From Podarcis muralis (Eukaryota): a DNA stretch of 64,000 bases. The position numbers and the translations under genes were made by a program. A model generated the notes under the pieces. It was not told the origin of the DNA, did no database searches, and was given only the letters and a program-made list of their open reading frames with translations. This document shows, in pieces, positions 62,392-64,000 of the stretch (position 1 is its first letter; every line of letters starts with the position of its first letter). The stretch spans positions 34,596,001-34,660,000 of the forward strand of contig NC_135658.1 of the NCBI RefSeq assembly GCF_964188315.1, read 5' to 3'.

Positions 62392-63324
62392 GGCTCTATT
62401 ACTGAGACACAGCCATTCCCCATGCTGATTATGTGGGTTAATATAGTCAGTAAAGGGGTAATGACCAATTCTTTCCTGAACTGTTCATATTACTCACCAT
62501 AGGCTCAACATTAACATCTCACCCTTGGACATCTGCGACCCACACCCTGGCAAGGCCCTTTTTTGTGGCTTGATTTTCTAAGCAGTTGGATCTATCTGCC
62601 ATTCCTCACAGTGGCCCCAACATAACACCAGTCTGGCCCAGGCTTATATATTGCTGAAAGCCATAATTTCCAGTTTGAATCATAATTTCTTGTGCAGTAA
62701 TGTTATCAAATATTTACCTACACTTCCTTCTATTTGTTTTCTCTTATTAAAAGAGGGTTAGACTATCAATGTCTCCTCCCCCCCCCCTTGCTAGGAATCA
62801 CAAGCGGGAAGAGCGTTGTGGTGAGGAGAGAGCTCAGGTCTTGTGGGTTTCCTTTGCACCTGGTTGGCCACTGTGAGAACAGGATGGGCCTTTGGTCTAA
62901 TCCAGCAGGGCTGCTCCTCTGTTCTTAAAATCTAAATAGAATGGATCTGTTGTTTACCTTTGTTGAAAAAAGCAGGGCAGTAGATTAGCCTGACTTGAAC
63001 CAACTTTTAGTGGTGCCCATGATCTTTCCTTTCCTTTCTCTGATCTTGTTTTTACTGTTGTTAAGAAACTTTCAGATAAATAAGACCAAAAGAAACCCCA
63101 GAACGTTCAAAGAAAACCACAAACCAAGCATGGGGAGAAACTCTAGTCAGTCTGCAAGTTTTTAAGTTTTATTCAGCAATACAAAAGCTGAAGAGAATAA
63201 AATCCCTTGCAAAATATATTGCGCTTCAGGCTGTTTATTGGGCCAGGAGGCTAAAAGTTTTAAAGTCTAGCCGCGCAGGTTGGGAAAATAAAAAAGTCAA
63301 GGGTCTGGCTTGAGGGAAACCTGG

Positions 63325-63452
63325 GGTGTGTGGAGCTGTGGCTCAATGGTAAAACACTTGCTTTGCATGCAAAAGTTGCCAGGCCTTTCAATGTAGACAA
63401 TACTGAGCTAGGTGTGTCAATGGTCTGACTTGGTCGAAGGGAGTTTCTTGTG
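63325..63452 (+). mobile_element. Old tRNA-Ala-like SINE (related pieces at about 8860-8965 + and 61945-62087 -)
   Basis: gctgtggctcaatggtaaaacacttgctttgcatgcaaaa head; gtagacaatactgagctag...atggtctgacttgg tail. Confidence 0.55.
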
Positions 63453-64000
63453 CTCCCATGACTCCACCATAATATCTCAACACTGTCCAGAAACGGTGCT
63501 GAGTGCTGCTCATTGGCAGAAGCTGGTTACCTTAATATTTAAACCAGTGTTCGGGTATGCATAATATGATCTTGTAGCCTACAAGTCATCCATCTCTTCT
63601 GACCTCTTGTGCCAGAAGAGAAACAGAAATCTTTCTAAATACAGCTACTTGCACGCATAAAGAAAAGAATGCAATTTCAGAATGTATGCCAGTGAGGGGG
63701 AGGGAACCAGACGTCCCAATTACAAACATCCTAAATTCTATAAATTTAACCAAAAACATGGCAATAGCTGAATGTAGCTGGTGAAATAAGAGCATTTGTT
63801 TAAACCCTGGCTGCTATTACAGAATGCTACTGGCAAATACAAGTGTGCAGGAGGGAGAAGGGGAGGGAGGGGAAGTTTGTGCTTTCTACTTTGGAAAAAT
63901 CTGATTTTATACGGATCACTAGGTGGCACCACTGATCCACTCAGTTTCAACAGTCATGCTTTGAAGAGGATGAGCTGGAAACTCATAAATTTCTCAGTGG

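Noticed and set aside
1-64000. CRISPR arrays, rRNA, snoRNA or prokaryotic/viral inserts
   Set aside because: No regularly spaced repeats, rRNA similarity, convincing C/D or H/ACA box pairs, or gene-dense foreign segment seen; all repeats are vertebrate transposons or microsatellites.

Overview
Squamate reptile genomic DNA, most likely a lacertid lizard (inferred from the Sauria SINE, Bov-B, Squam-type SINE and MITE content). It holds two intact protein-coding genes arranged tail-to-tail. ST3GAL6 (alpha-2,3-sialyltransferase 6) is on the + strand, with 9 coding exons at 23950-37063 (333 aa, all sialylmotifs intact). COL8A1 (collagen alpha-1(VIII)) is on the - strand, with 2 coding exons at 47621-47315 and 46427-44527 (735 aa). 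Their inferred 3' ends lie about 0.8 kb apart or closer, near 40.8-41.7 kb. The rest is intronic or flanking DNA dense with transposons, many with readable target-site duplications (TSDs): CR1, L2, L1/Tx1-like, Rex1/Babar and Bov-B LINE pieces, Sauria and other tRNA-derived SINEs, Tigger-like and hAT MITEs, and one solo LTR. I found no convincing novel biological system. The best leads are all inferential: (1) a candidate upstream GC-donor exon that would add an in-frame basic 43-aa N-terminus to COL8A1; (2) the ST3GAL6/COL8A1 junction as a probable inversion breakpoint relative to human; (3) a solo LTR with a 111-codon open frame starting at its edge; (4) a pre-miRNA-sized hairpin in the putative ST3GAL6 3' UTR; (5) NAGNAG acceptors in both genes. 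The non-coding first exons and promoters of both genes could not be identified and may lie outside the window.
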